63,903 nucleotides of DNA, filler included, from Nemertoderma westbladi (GCA_032718475.1; 3 parts of 3 records of this genome joined end to end with filler, not necessarily neighbours in it); one strand, 5' to 3'; positions 24,326-37,611 are shown, numbered from the whole stretch's first letter. Notes: generated by a model not told the origin, from the sequence alone. Numbers and translations: made by a program.

Positions 24326-24659
24326 AATGCAGTTTCCGGTACCCACACTTTTTCTGTTTGTAAACCACCTTTCGTTACCGGTACACTGTCATACTGTCAT
24401 GTCATAGGCCTATCATAACCATTTATTCTTGTAAAGATGGTTAGGGTTTTTGGTCGGGCCTCAACCATTATTAAAACTGTCATGTAACCCTAACCCTAAG
24501 TCATAATCTAAGAAATTCCGCAAATTTCTTAGATTATGACTTTAGGGTTAGCGTTAGGGTTACGACAGTGTTAATTAGGGTTGAGGCCGCCACTACTGTA
24601 ACCTGCGAGTTTCATACAGTATAAAAATCCATTGGCAAGGTGGGTACCCCAAACAGCAT
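24326..24659. mobile_element. Palindromic MITE-like element with TTAGGG/CCCTAA motifs
   Basis: Outer inverted repeat atgcagtttccggtacccac / gtgggtaccccaaacagcat. Inner ~130-bp hairpin at 24457-24588. Confidence 0.65.
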
Positions 24660-24793
24660 ATTCCCCATAAAAAAGTACTTATAATGACATCTAATGCAAA
24701 TAAGTCATACACAGTATACACAATATCCACATTACCGGCCTTTCCAACCCGAGGCTCTGATACGCTCAGCTTTTGTGTCAGCTGATTAATGTA

Positions 24794-24893
24794 NNNNNNN
24801 NNNNNNNNNNNNNNNNNNNNNNNNNNNNNNNNNNNNNTTAATTAATTAANNNNNNNNNNNNNNNNNNNNNNNNNNNNNNNNNNNNNNNNNNNN
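24794..24893. other. Artificial contig-join linker
   Basis: N44-TTAATTAATTAA-N44 (stops in all six frames). Confidence 0.97.
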
Positions 24894-26242
24894 TTAATTA
24901 TTATTACTCGATAAAGTTGAATTACTCATTTAAAACAACATAATGCTATAATAATTAATAATTATTTACCCCATGTGCCCGGGTGTATAACAATGTTAGT
25001 TATATAAAATATATACTGATTTATTAAAAATAAATAAATATAATAAATAATAAGTTTTCAAATTAAATATCATAATTCCCGTATTGTATGTTGCACCATA
25101 GACAATAGCAAACGAAAAGATACCTTTGTAAACATATTATATAGTTATATACAGTAGTTATGGTGTTTCTTGTCGCCTTAACATCTCTTAACCATTTTGA
25201 ACAACATCATGATATTTTGAGAGCACTGTTAGAGGCTGTTTTAATGTCAGATAGGGGGAGGGTGTCTTATTAATTCGCCGAGATGGAATTTGCATCCAGA
25301 CCCCCCCCCCCCCCCCCTCATCTCTAAAATATAAGAATGATTAATATTTATTCTCTCCCCCGTACTCGTAAGTCAGGTATTTTGTCTTTAAAGGTTAATG
25401 GGGGACGGGGGGGGGGGGGTGAGGTTGGTCATATTTTGTAGACCAAAAACAATTTTGAAATGTTTAGTTTAAGTTGTGTTTTGGGTCGATAATTTGAAAA
25501 GGTAAAATACAATATTTTGATTTTTTGGTTAAAATTGCACTTCTGATAAAAATTTCAAAATTCTGTCTTAAAGTTTTATTGGTCAATATGTCAAGACCAT
25601 TGACTGAAAAGTGGAAATTTGAAAGAAATTTTTCAAAAATGACGGAGTAGCATTTACATTGAAAATTATAAAATTTAAATAAGATTGGCGGGAAATTCAA
25701 ATTTAAATGTTTTCCTTAAAAATTATTAGAAGAACCAACTAATTTCAATGCATATTAAGCAACAACAGAACTGTTCTCTTTTAATCCTCTAAAAACTGGA
25801 GGTGTCTCCAAAACGTGAGCCACCCCCCCCCCCCCCCCTCCCCTTAACATTATAAATTAAAAAATATTTCGTAAAATAACATATCAAATGCTATATTAAT
25901 TCGTTGTCCAATTTCAGTTGCCGGTTTGTCCGTTCTGTAATCTTTATATAAAGTAGTCCAAGTTGATATCCATATTCGGTCATTAGAAATAAACCTGAAA
26001 GTAAAAAATAGTCCATAAATATATATTTAAGATACTGTAAATTATTTCATAATCATGATTTTTCATATCATCTTCCATCTTGTCACATTCATGTTATCAC
26101 TACTTTAGTTCCTGATAATGAATTGATTTTATTAATTGTAGGCCTTAATTAAATTGGCGTGGCGGTCGTCATTTGATTATTAAACAGTTTTACTTGTATA
26201 TATTAATTTTGTTTTAATAAATATAACTATTTTGTTGGGATA

Positions 26243-26998
26243 ATGAATTTTAATAAACATTTTGACATTCAAAAGAAGCAATCTTTATCAAAGACTGATT
26301 TATCTCGTAAAGAGGCTGTTGATTTTCGGATTGTAGATTTGGTTTCTAGTATCAACTCGAGTGTGGACTACTACACGACTAGTTCTTGTTCCGGTCGAGT
26401 TTACCTATTTAATCGCAACCCTTCCGGGAAGAAAGGGACTGTCTGGGTCTACGTCACCCACGATGTAGCTGATGCTGACCATATCGTGTCTGTATGTAAT
26501 AGCGCACTCGATCAAAAGGCTACCGGGTGTAATACTACCGAAAATTCAAACGATAATAAAATCGGAACTATCGCTGAACATGATTCCAGTGGCGTTGAAG
26601 ATTGTAGTAACGGATTATGTGCGTTGTCCTCCGATACTGCCGGGGAATTAACTGACAACTTCCCGTTGACTTTTAAGTTCGAAGCGTTCGTTATCCACGT
26701 GCAGTGTCGGAACGAGCGGGCGGCGTCGCGATTACTCGCCGCCGCGAACGGGGCCGGATTCCGTAACTCGGGGATCACTATCGGACGCGGCCCCAAATAC
26801 GGCGTCGCAATACGTAGCACAGCAGTCATGGAGACGCCACTGTCAGACAGCCTGGGCAATCGATTGGTTGGCAACGAATACGTTCGATATCTCGTCGCGA
26901 TCGCCAACTCTAAAATGGAAAGCAACTGGGAATCTACGGATCGTTTTATTAAAGGAGTTCTTCCTATTTTACATTCTACTTGCGAGACCGACACATAA
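26243..26998 (+). CDS. TYW3: tRNA wybutosine-synthesizing methyltransferase TYW3 (intronless)
   Basis: DLSRKxxVD, YYTTSSCSGR, WVYVTH, FKFEAFVIHVQCR, AGFRNSGI, VAIRST, LVGNEY, ANSKMESN motifs in the expected order. Confidence 0.93.
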   Translation: MNFNKHFDIQKKQSLSKTDLSRKEAVDFRIVDLVSSINSSVDYYTTSSCSGRVYLFNRNPSGKKGTVWVYVTHDVADADHIVSVCNSALDQKATGCNTTENSNDNKIGTIAEHDSSGVEDCSNGLCALSSDTAGELTDNFPLTFKFEAFVIHVQCRNERAASRLLAAANGAGFRNSGITIGRGPKYGVAIRSTAVMETPLSDSLGNRLVGNEYVRYLVAIANSKMESNWESTDRFIKGVLPILHSTCETDT

Positions 26999-27772
26999 AT
27001 ACAGTACCGAAAGGAACATAATGTGAATTTATCTGTGAATAAATATTAAACTTAGTATTTTAGTGTTAATTTTAAGAGACAGGGGACAGGGAGGGGGTGG
27101 GGACTGCAACCTAGATATTCTATCTAATTAATATTTATTTTCAATGTTAAATATCAATTTAGGGAATGAAGGATGGGGAATGGGAATGGTTCCATGAATG
27201 GAATGGCACGTTATTCAAACCAAAACAATAAACGAAACTCAATGGTACAGGTTACAGATTCAAACTCAATTTACAACTCAATAACACTAAAACAACTAGC
27301 TACTGTAGGTATGCGACGTTCTGGTACATTTCATACATGAGCTGCTACAATAGAATCACTTTTATTTGTTATATTTTTTCATAAGAAGAAAAATGCGCGG
27401 CGCGTTAAACATTAGTTTTTTTTAAATAAACTTAGAAAATATGTCAATAAATTAAATGAGAGAGCAAATTTTCCTTTGACAATAAATCTATTAATTCAGT
27501 AGAACAATTTGGAAAATAATCACAATTACACAGTGTTATTTATGTGATTGGGAGACAGGCGTTATCGTCGGAAGATAAATTCTGCCCGTTTGTGCATAAC
27601 TCGTACCAACCTAAATCTGTCTTGGTTGTCAGTTGGGGTTGGGGGAAGGGCAGAGGGGAATTAGTCATTGGTAGATCATCCGGTAGTTACAGTTTATAGG
27701 TCCAGGGTAGAGAACAAGATAATCGGTCCAGGACGCAGGAGGGTAGATAACGGGGTAGTTTTATTGTAAGGC

Positions 27773-30715
27773 AGTCGGTTCGGGAACAAAACTGGTAGTC
27801 AGTCGGTTCGGAATTAAAACTGGTAGTCAGTCGGTTCGGGATAAAAACTGGTAGTCAGTCGGTTTGGGATAAAACTGGTAGTCAGTCGGTTCGGGAACAA
27901 AACTGGTAGTCAGTCGGTTCGGGATAAAACTGGTAGTCAGTCGGTTCGGGATAAAACTGGTAGTCAGTCGGTTCGGGATAAAACTGGTAGTCAGTCGGTT
28001 CGGGATAAAAACTGGTGTCAGTCGGTTCGGGAACAAAACTGGTAGTCAGTCGGTTCGGGATAAAACTGGTAGTCAGTCGGTTCGGGATAAAAACTGGTGT
28101 CGGTCGGTTCGGGGTAAAAACTGGTAGTCAGTCGGTTCGGGGTAAAAACTGGTAGTCAGTCGGTTCGGGATAAAACTGGTAGTCAGTCGGTTCGGGATAA
28201 AACTGGTAGTCAGTCGGTTCGGGATAAAAACTGGTGTCAGTCGGTTCGGGATAAAAACTGGTAGTCAGTCGGTTTGGGATAAAACTGGTAGTCAGTCGGT
28301 TCGGGAACAAAACTGGTAGTCAGTCGGTTTGGGACAAAAACTGGTAGTCAGTCGGTTCGCGGTAAAAACTGGTAGTCAGTCGGTTCGGGATAAAACTGGT
28401 AGTCAGTCGGTTCGGGATAAAAACTGGTGTCGGTCGGTTCGGGATAAAAACTGTTAGTCAGTCGGTTCGGGATAAAAACTGGTAGTCAGTCGGTTTGGGA
28501 CAAAAACTGGTAGTCAGTCGGTTCGCGGTAAAAACTGGTAGTCAGTCGGTTCGGGATAAAACTGGTAGTCAGTCGGTTCGGGATAAAAACTGGTGTCGGT
28601 CGGTTCGGGGTAAAAACTGGTAGTCAGTCGGTTCGGGGTAAAAACTGGTAGTCAGTCGGTTCGGGAACAAAACTGGTAGTCAGTCAGTCGGTTCGGGATA
28701 AAACTGGTAGTCAGTCGGTTCGGGATAAAACTGGTAGTCAGTCGGTTCGGGATAAAAACTGGTGTCAGTCGGTTCGGGATAAAAACTGGTAGTCAGTCGG
28801 TTTGGGATAAAACTGGTAGTCAGTCGGTTCGGGGTAAAAACTGGTGTCAGTCGGTTCGGGATAAAAACTGGTAGTCAGTCGGTTTGGGATAAAACTGGTA
28901 GTCAGTCGGTTCGGGATAAAACTGGTAGTCAGTCGGTTCGGGATAAAAACTGGTGTCAGTCGGTTCGGGATAAAAACTGGTAGTCAGTCGGTTTGGGATA
29001 AAACTGGTAGTCAGTCGGTTCGGGAACAAAACTGGTAGTCAGTCGGTTTGGGACAAAAACTGGTAGTCAGTCGGTTCGCGGTAAAAACTGGTAGTCAGTC
29101 GGTTCGGGATAAAACTGGTAGTCAGTCGGTTCGGGATAAAACTGGTAGTCAGTCGGTTCGGGATAAAACTGGTAGTCAGTCGGTTCGGGATAAAAACTGG
29201 TGTCAGTCGGTTCGGGATAAAAACTGGTAGTCAGTCGGTTCGGGAACAAAACTGGTAGTCAGTCGGTTCGGGATAAAACTGGTAGTCAGTCGGTTCGGGA
29301 TAAAACTGGTAGTCAGTCGGTTCGGGATAAAAACTGGTGTCAGTCGGTTCGGGATAAAAACTGGTAGTCAGTCGGTTTGGGATAAAACTGGTAGTCAGTC
29401 GGTTCGGGAACAAAACTGGTAGTCAGTCGGTTTGGGACAAAAACTGGTAGTCAGTCGGTTCGCGGTAAAAACTGGTAGTCAGTCGGTTCGGGATAAAACT
29501 GGTAGTCAGTCGGTTCGGGATAAAAACTGGTGTCGGTCGGTTCGGGATAAAAACTGTTAGTCAGTCGGTTCGGGATAAAAACTGGTAGTCAGTCGGTTTG
29601 GGACAAAAACTGGTAGTCAGTCGGTTCGCGGTAAAAACTGGTAGTCAGTCGGTTCGGGATAAAACTGGTAGTCAGTCGGTTCGGGATAAAAACTGGTGTC
29701 GGTCGGTTCGGGGTAAAAACTGGTAGTCAGTCGGTTCGGGGTAAAAACTGGTAGTCAGTCGGTTCGGGAACAAAACTGGTAGTCAGTCGGTTCGGGATAA
29801 AACTGGTAGTCAGTCGGTTCGGGATAAAACTGGTAGTCAGTCGGTTCGGGATAAAAACTGGTGTCAGTCGGTTCGGGATAAAAACTGGTAGTCAGTCGGT
29901 TTGGGATAAAACTGGTAGTCAGTCGGTTCGGGGTAAAAACTGGTGTCAGTCGGTTCGGGATAAAAACTGGTAGTCAGTCGGTTTGGGATAAAACTGGTAG
30001 TCAGTCGGTTCGGGGTAAAAACTGGTGTCGGTCGGTTCGGGATAAAAACTGTTAGTCAGTCGGTTCGGGACAAAAACTGGTAGTCAGTCGGTTCGGGATA
30101 AAAACTGGTGTCGGTCGGTTCGGGGTAAAAACTGGTAGTCAGTCGGTTCGGGGTAAAAACTGGTAGTCAGTCGGTTCGGGAACAAAACTGGTAGTCAGTC
30201 GGTTCGGGATAAAACTGGTAGTCAGTCGGTTCGGGAACAAAACTGGTAGTCAGTCGGTTCGGGATAAAACTGGTAGTCAGTTGGTTCGGGATAAAACCGG
30301 TAGTCAGTCGGTTCGGGATAAAAACTGGTGTCAGTCGGTTCGGGATAAAAACTGGTAGTCAGTCGGTTTGGGATAAAACTGGTAGTCAGTCGGTTCGGGG
30401 TAAAAACTGGTGTCGGTCGGTTCGGGATAAAAACTGTTAGTCAGTCGGTTCGGGATAAAAACTGGTAGTCAGTCGGTTTGGGACAAAAACTGGTAGTCAG
30501 TCGGTTCGCGGTAAAAACTGGTGGTCAGTCGGTTTGGGATAAAAACTGGTAGTCAGTCGGTTCGGGATAAAAACTGGTGTCGGTCGGTTCGGGATAAAAA
30601 CTGTTAGTCAGTCGGTTCGGGATAAAAACTGGTAGTCAGTCGGTTTGGGATAAAATTGGTAGTCAGTCGGTTCGGGGTAAAAACTAGTACCGGTCTGCCG
30701 GTAGTCTGTCGGTTC
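27773..30715. repeat. 27-28 bp minisatellite (ggtagtcagtcggttcgggataaaact), about 105 copies
   Basis: Directly visible; variant blocks recur. Confidence 0.97.
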
Positions 30716-31370
30716 ACGATAATTCGGGTTAATTCAGTTGTCAGTTTGGATTTCTTTTAGTATCAGGACGGAACTGCTGCAGTCCCATGGAACCGCCAAC
30801 CTGTTTCCCGGTTCCAGCCAACGTTACGTATACGTACGAGGGCGTGGCCCGGTGGTGCTGGCGGCCCCAAGGAATTCCCTACCGAGTCCCTAGCGCCTCC
30901 TAAGGGGCGACAGCGGAACTGCTACCGGTAGGGTACCAGGAGCCTAGGTCCCCGGAGTCGGTGGAAGACTCAGGATGAAACGAAGTAAGCACAAAGTGGC
31001 AGAGCTTTCTTGCGCAGCGATAAAGCCTGCTTCCAGTCTACAACACTGTACCGGTACATTGTACTGTAACAGCGTCGCATCACTAGAACGGCAATATCGA
31101 ATGGACCTTGCAAATGTTACCAGGGACGGCTTTTTATAGGCAGGATTGACGTCACGTTTATATTTGATTAGTTGCTAGGCAATGGAGGTGGCCTTTTCAA
31201 GATCCACCAATCACTGCACAATACGGAACTTACTGATTAAGCCAAGATAACAAATTTTACGGCTGATTGGAGAAAAGACAATTTTTTTTCAGTGTGGGAA
31301 ATTCTGTTGCAAGATAAGGTAACAATCATGTGACTCTCTGTTACAGAGCCCGTATGGGCGGGGAGTGAAT

Positions 31371-32518
31371 GTGGGGCGAGCCACGATGTTGGCGGAGCCT
31401 TAGCTTTGGGTGTGGACAAAATTTGGCAAAAAATAGTTGTTGTTACGATTTTGAGATATTAATAACTTTGTTGGATTTCAAGCTGTCGCGTTGGAAATTT
31501 GTAGGCATCAATAAGTTAAAAAGTTGAGATTTTTAGGGACTTGCAGACACCATCAATTCAACGGTCTCCCGCTAGAGAGCTACATTTCTAAACATTTAAT
31601 GTCATCACATTTCATTGCTTTTAATCCGTTCAAGCTGAAACCAGTAAAAATTAAAGATATAATAAATACAGAAATATATAGATAAAATTATTAAAACAAA
31701 TTACCTAAAACTAGTTTACTAAGACTATTGGATGTTTTATTCAAAAGCGGCTAATTCGTCTGCAGTTCTCTAGTCTGGCGCTAGGGGGCGAAATATCTGA
31801 AATTAAATGTTTGATCCATTCGCCGTTACTTATGATACGTTCAAGCAACTTGTTGAAACTTGTCAGATATGTGCTAGAACACATCCTGTGTCTTTATGGG
31901 GTCGGTAATCGGCCTGCAGTTCTTCAGTCTACCGCTAAAGGGCGAAATATATGAAAGTGATAACCTTCCCAATTTCCTTGATCTTAATTTGTTTAAGCTG
32001 AATTTTCGATTATATGTATCAGAACACAACCTGCGACATTTTTGAGGAAGGTGATTTATCTGCAGTTATCCAATCTGCCGCTAGAGTGTGCAATATCTGA
32101 AAGCTAAAACCTTCTTTCATTTTGTTATATTTTTATCCGTTCAAGCTGAAAATTGGCAAATACATGCTCAAACATAGACCATCGATAGATTGTGTCTTAG
32201 TTTTAGTTGGGACGCCGATCCCTCGACAGTTCTCCAGTCTACCGCTAGTGGGCTGAAATCACAGAAATGAAAAACTTCAGACATTTTGTATTTTATTGTT
32301 TATACTCCTTTCTTTAGTGATTGATATCTGGCACATATTCTAGACCACAGACTGAGTTTTTGTGAGGTCTTACATTGACTGCGGTTACCCAGTAGTCTGG
32401 CTCTAGGTGGTACAGTGATTAAGGGGGCATCTGCAAAGATATTGCTTATAATTATTTCGAGTTTAGACATAACTTAAGTTTATGTCACGTGTTGCGCGGA
32501 GGCCTCCACTTCGTGTAC
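31371..32518 (-). mobile_element. Non-autonomous element with internal degenerate ~150-160 bp tandem repeats (Helentron/HINE-like architecture, tentative)
   Basis: cagttctccagtctaccgctagggggc-like motif near 31568, 31777, 31931, 32077, 32241 and 32399. Terminal motifs are shared with 9265-9521. Confidence 0.55.
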
Positions 32519-32919
32519 AGTTGGGGTATATCATACCAAGGCGTAATAAAGCATACACGATCCATGTGACATGGTGTGGTTTGATAAGGATGCATTATGT
32601 TAGGAGTATATGGCATGGGTCCATGATTGCATAACTTTACATCTATTATATTTATCAATACGTGAATAATAATTACAGTATGTTAGTGCTTACGTTATCT
32701 ATGAAGGTAAATATATGTTAGGCTACGTTTACTACAGTACTTAGAGCATGTAACAGTGGATAACTGTCGAACTCACAATGCCAAACCCATTGCGTTTGCA
32801 TGGCTCATATATTTGTACGTTGAACTCTTATCTGAGAACATGTATTACACTTACAAGTACACGTTCGTGGGGCATTCGCGCAACACGAGACTGCATACGT
32901 ATCAAAGTTTGGTTTAATT

Positions 32920-35900
32920 AAAAAATTTAATCAATGTCATCAACTCTCGTATTGATCCTGTCACTAAAGCCGAGTCACTAATCGACCACATTATTAGTAA
33001 TATTAACTCACCCATGTTTTCCGCTGGTACATTTCAATCCAAAATTGGCAATTCCGATCACCAAGCTACTTTTATATAATTTTAAAGAAATTCAACTGTG
33101 CTTTTGCTGAGCCAAAAATTTCATCAGTTTTGGATTATTCTAAGTTCAACGAAGTTTCTTTCTTATCTGACATTAATGACCCTTCTTCCTGGTCTTATAT
33201 ATCCAGCTCTGTTCCTCTTCTAAACAAACCTGATTGATTCTACGATGATTTGAACAAACTGTGCCCAACTCGGTGCTTTAAGAGTGTCACTCATAAGACA
33301 CGGCCAATTAAACCCTGGATTACCCCCGCTCTTCTTAAATCCATTCGTAATATAAGGACAAGCTATATCGGCAATTCCTTATAAAACCACTCCGAAAAAA
33401 TAATAAAAAAAATTCAATAATTATTATCGGAATCAACTGAGAACTGAGCACTGAGACACGCCGAAAAAAATTATTACACCAATCGTATTCAATCCTCTTC
33501 CGCTAATATTAGAAATACCGGGTCCGTAATTAACACTGCTCTCCATAAACCAAAAAGTTTGGGTTGTCCTAAAAAATTGATTCTGAAATCTCTTTATTCA
33601 ACTGAAATAATCTCAGATCCATCTGAAATTGCCAATGTTTTCAACAAACATTTTTCTACAATAGGCTCAACCTTGCAAGCTACATACCCTCCCGCAACCG
33701 AAGCACTCTCCCATCAGATACATCAACCAGCAGAAACCTAATTCTTTTTATCTTATTGAAACCTCACCACACAAAGTTCAATACAATATCCTGCATTTAA
33801 ACCCAAATTCTGCTACGAATGATTCCTTTCCATCCAAACTCGTAATTATGGCAGCGGAAACTCTCTCTCACCATCTCAGCTAGCTTTTTAACCTTTGTAT
33901 CTCGTATGACTTTTTTCCAGACTCCCTTAAAACCGCAAAAGTTGTCCCACTTTTTAAAAAAGAAGACCCCTGTGAACCGAACAATTACCACCCTATTTCT
34001 TTATTACCAATTATTGTAAGCTTTTTGAAATAAACATAACCTCTCAACTTAAAGCATACCTAGATAAATTCTCTATCATTTCAACCTCTCAGTACGGCTT
34101 CAGACCCAAAACATCCACTCCCCAGGCTTTGCTTTCAATTACTGAACGTATATTTCCCGCTCTCGATTCTCACCAATCGCCAATCCAGTTGCGCTGTATT
34201 CATAGACCTCCAAAAAGCCTTTGACACTATAGACAACAAGATATTAATAGCCAAACTCGAATCATACGGTGCGAGAGGCCTCCCCCTTCAGCTCCTATCA
34301 AGTTTCCTTTCAAACAGATTTCAGTTCGTTTCTCTAGGCAACTCCAGATCTTCTCTCTTACCCCTCCACTACTGCGGTATCCCCCAAGGTTCAGTCCTAT
34401 TATTATTATTATTATTATTTGTTTAATTCAACCATAAAGGTCATATCTAAAATACAGGCACAAGTTAAAGTTTAAAATAATTTAAAATTATAGGCATATA
34501 CAGTAGGACGTAGGTAATTAAGGAACATAATAAAATTGTAACTAAAATTTTCACTATTTATAATAACAATTGGCACTATTTACAATAGTGACTGATTGTT
34601 ACTCGGTCAAGCACACACAGACTATTGCACACAATTGCACACTGAATTGCCGATATTCACTGATTTTAATCATATATAAAGAGAATAACAACCGACATTT
34701 GTAGGGCCTATTAAGTAGCATTGAACTCATTACAAACCACGATAATGTATGTCGCAAATTGTTATATGTAACCGGTCTCTCTAACCTTAGTGTATCAAGA
34801 AGATTGGGGTTTCTGATCGTTTATCAATATTCTCCAAATAATAATATGTAAACGAACGATACAATTAACAACACAGTAAATAGCAGTAAATAATGCGGCG
34901 AAAAGCAGTTTACGTCAGGGTGCTTAATCAGGTGCCTGACAAGCAAGAGTACTTAACCAAGATAACAGTTTGATGATCTTATAATTAAAGACGCTCTAAT
35001 GTTAGAAAACATTCCACGGCCGGTGTTCTTAGGCGTGGGGGAAACGTCAGTACTGAGTCCTGTGATTCTGCTGTACAGCTTTTACACAAAGAGGAGATCT
35101 CTCATTGGTCGAACTGGCTGAGCCGAACAAAGAACCAAATCTCCTGGCAAAAAGCTCCACGTGGACACAGCTGATAGATGTCGTCATTTGAGCTGAGCAG
35201 AACAAAGAACCAAGGCTCCGTGCAGAGGCTCCACGTGTACAGCTCAGCTATTAGCTGTCGTCATAGTAACTACACTGTTTCAAGAGTATTTCGGCTTTTG
35301 CGTCATAGAATTGCTAATTATGTCCGCTAAAGTACACATACAGAATGAATGGCCTTTTATGTCCACTAAAACACCGGTACAGTAAGGAAACGGCTTTTAT
35401 GTCCGTTAAAACACCTACAGAGTACTTTACGGGGAAAATAACCAGCTAATTCCGCAAAAGCTTTTATACCGCTCCCAGAAAATGGGATTTAATTATATAA
35501 AATATAAAAAATCACAGTTTCTAAAATATAAAAATACTCTAAACAGTTAGTCTTTCTTGCGCGGACGGCGTTTACGCAGTTTCTTGAGACTAGCAAGAGT
35601 CCTTTTCTCTTTGGGGCGAGCCACTTTACTAGGAGGGCTATAACTCCTGGGTGAAGGGTGCAATACAATTGCATCAGAAGGTTTAGGGCTACGGTCAGTG
35701 TCTCGTCCATTTCGATATGCTTCTCCTCGAGCTGATTTTCCTCCGCTTGTCGTTGGACACGCTCGTCCAAAACTCTCGCAGAGAATAGGGTTGTCTAAGC
35801 TCTATATCTTCTTAGAGATTCGAGATTTCCCAATGGAACTGAGATAAAGCCAATTCGTTTACCGCTTGGACTTGCTGTTACAGTATAACTTACGTTTATC

Positions 35901-37110
35901 TGAACAAACGCAGGTTGACAGGATTGATTGATGAATTAGCAGGATTGATTGACTGTATAAAAATGAAAATTCATATTCACAAGCAAAATCGCCGGAAAGT
36001 AGCGTATATTTCTGAGGTGGGACGGCAGTTATGCCGGACACACGCTAAAATATTATTATCAGATTTGTTTACGCGGTTATGTAGGCTATGAAGAGCTACC
36101 CGAAAAATATCTTTAAAAGATTTAATATTAAAATTCACTAACATCTGGAATGCACTATTTATTTCTTCAACTTCGCTATCATACAGCGGTATGTGAAATA
36201 GAGATCGGACGCATTTAGCACCTATCTCCACTCCTCTTCTTAAAGTTTATCAACGATCTTCCTAATGTTAATAAGTTAATAAGTACTCTGTTTGCAGATG
36301 ACACAACTTTACTTTCCACGCATCCAAACTCTTTCATAATATTTTATTTTACAAATAACGAAATATCTAAACTTTCCAATTGGCTGACTGACAACAAACT
36401 CACTACTAAATCTAAAAAACTGAATATACTATCTTTTCAAATTCATTTAGCAATCGAACTACTTTACTTGAAGTCATTAATAACAACACACCAATAGCTA
36501 CCTGTGTAAAAGCTTCTGTGGGATGTAACTGGCCCTTCGCCCCGCAACCCAGTTTTTCCCCCATACGCTAAAATACTCTGAAACCTACTGTAAAGGTTTT
36601 TCTGGGATATGACTGATTTGTTTTCTTTGCTAACCAGTTCCCCCCTCCAAGGCGTTGGAATCCTTTAGGAGGGATCTGAGCTGTTCCTGTATTACCAACT
36701 CCGCAAAATTGTTAGGCGTTTGGGTCGACTCAAAATTTAACTGGAATTTTCATATTTCATACATTCACAATAAGGTATCAAAAACCTCCGGCATTTTTTA
36801 TAAACTCCGTCACATACAGTATTTCCTTTGCATATTCTCCGATTACATCATTTTTCTCTTACCCCCCCCCCCCCCCCCCCCCGTATCTCGAATACTGTTT
36901 AATTTTGTGGGGCAGTGCTCCTCTATCATCGATTAAGCCCTTAAATACTAAGATTAATAAGCTTCTACCGTGCATCACTTTTACACACTACCGCACGTCC
37001 GCTACCCCTATATACAAACAATTAAATATTCTCCCCTTAAAACAGCTGTATGAACTTCATATAGCAACCTTTATGTATGACATCCACACCAAATACATAC
37101 ACCCCTAAAC
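32920..37110 (+). mobile_element. Degraded CR1-group LINE ORF2, split by insertions at ~34399-36228 and ~36506-36685
   Basis: ESLIDHIISN (EN), [28 protein letters not shown] and GIPQGSVL end at ~34398. PLLF..INDLP, LFADDT and KLLGVWVDSKFNWNFHI resume from ~36229. Confidence 0.88.
34399..36228. other. Unclassified ~1.8-kb insertion inside the LINE RT
   Basis: Separates PQGSVL from PLLF. Begins with (tat)n and contains short direct repeats and two short minus-strand ORFs. Confidence 0.6.
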
Positions 37111-37611
37111 ATACACCACTAAATGATTAAAATAACACCCTTTAGTTCCATGTTCTTTTTTAATATCTACCAATACGGCGCAATTTAAATGTTAAATATT
37201 TTTTAAGTTAATTAGATATGGTGAAAGTCAACAACAATAGTTTACATCGATTGCAGGCATGGCCCCTTCCTTCTTTTTTCACTCTTTCTCTTTCACCCTC
37301 ATCAAACCAACCCACCTTGCCAGCACTAACTCAGCTATTAGTCTGGGTGTGGTGGTGGATGTGGTGGTGAACATCTCACCAACAATTTTCTTGTAATTCA
37401 ATTTTAAGCTATGTGTAAGTATTTGGTTTGATGGGGGATATTAATAAATATACTCCATTCAATTCTAATTGAATTCAATTCAAATATATGTACACGTTCG
37501 TGGGGCATTCGCGCAGCGCGAGACTGAATACGTAGCAAGTTTGGTTTAATTTCATCATTGATTGACTGACTTGTTTTGTTTTTTTTATCACAAAGTCTGA
37601 ATCTACCGGCT

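Noticed and set aside
24794-24893. TTAATTAATTAA motif within N runs (also 47037-47136)
   Set aside because: Artificial linker. Neighbourhood arguments across it, such as survivin next to TYW3, are unsupported.
26512-26994. 160-aa antisense ORF
   Set aside because: It is the shadow of the TYW3 coding strand and has no motifs.
27827-29413. Repeated 60-69 aa ORFs (PNRLTTSF, YPEPTDYQF)
   Set aside because: Artefacts of the 27-bp minisatellite; A-run length variation shifts the frame constantly.
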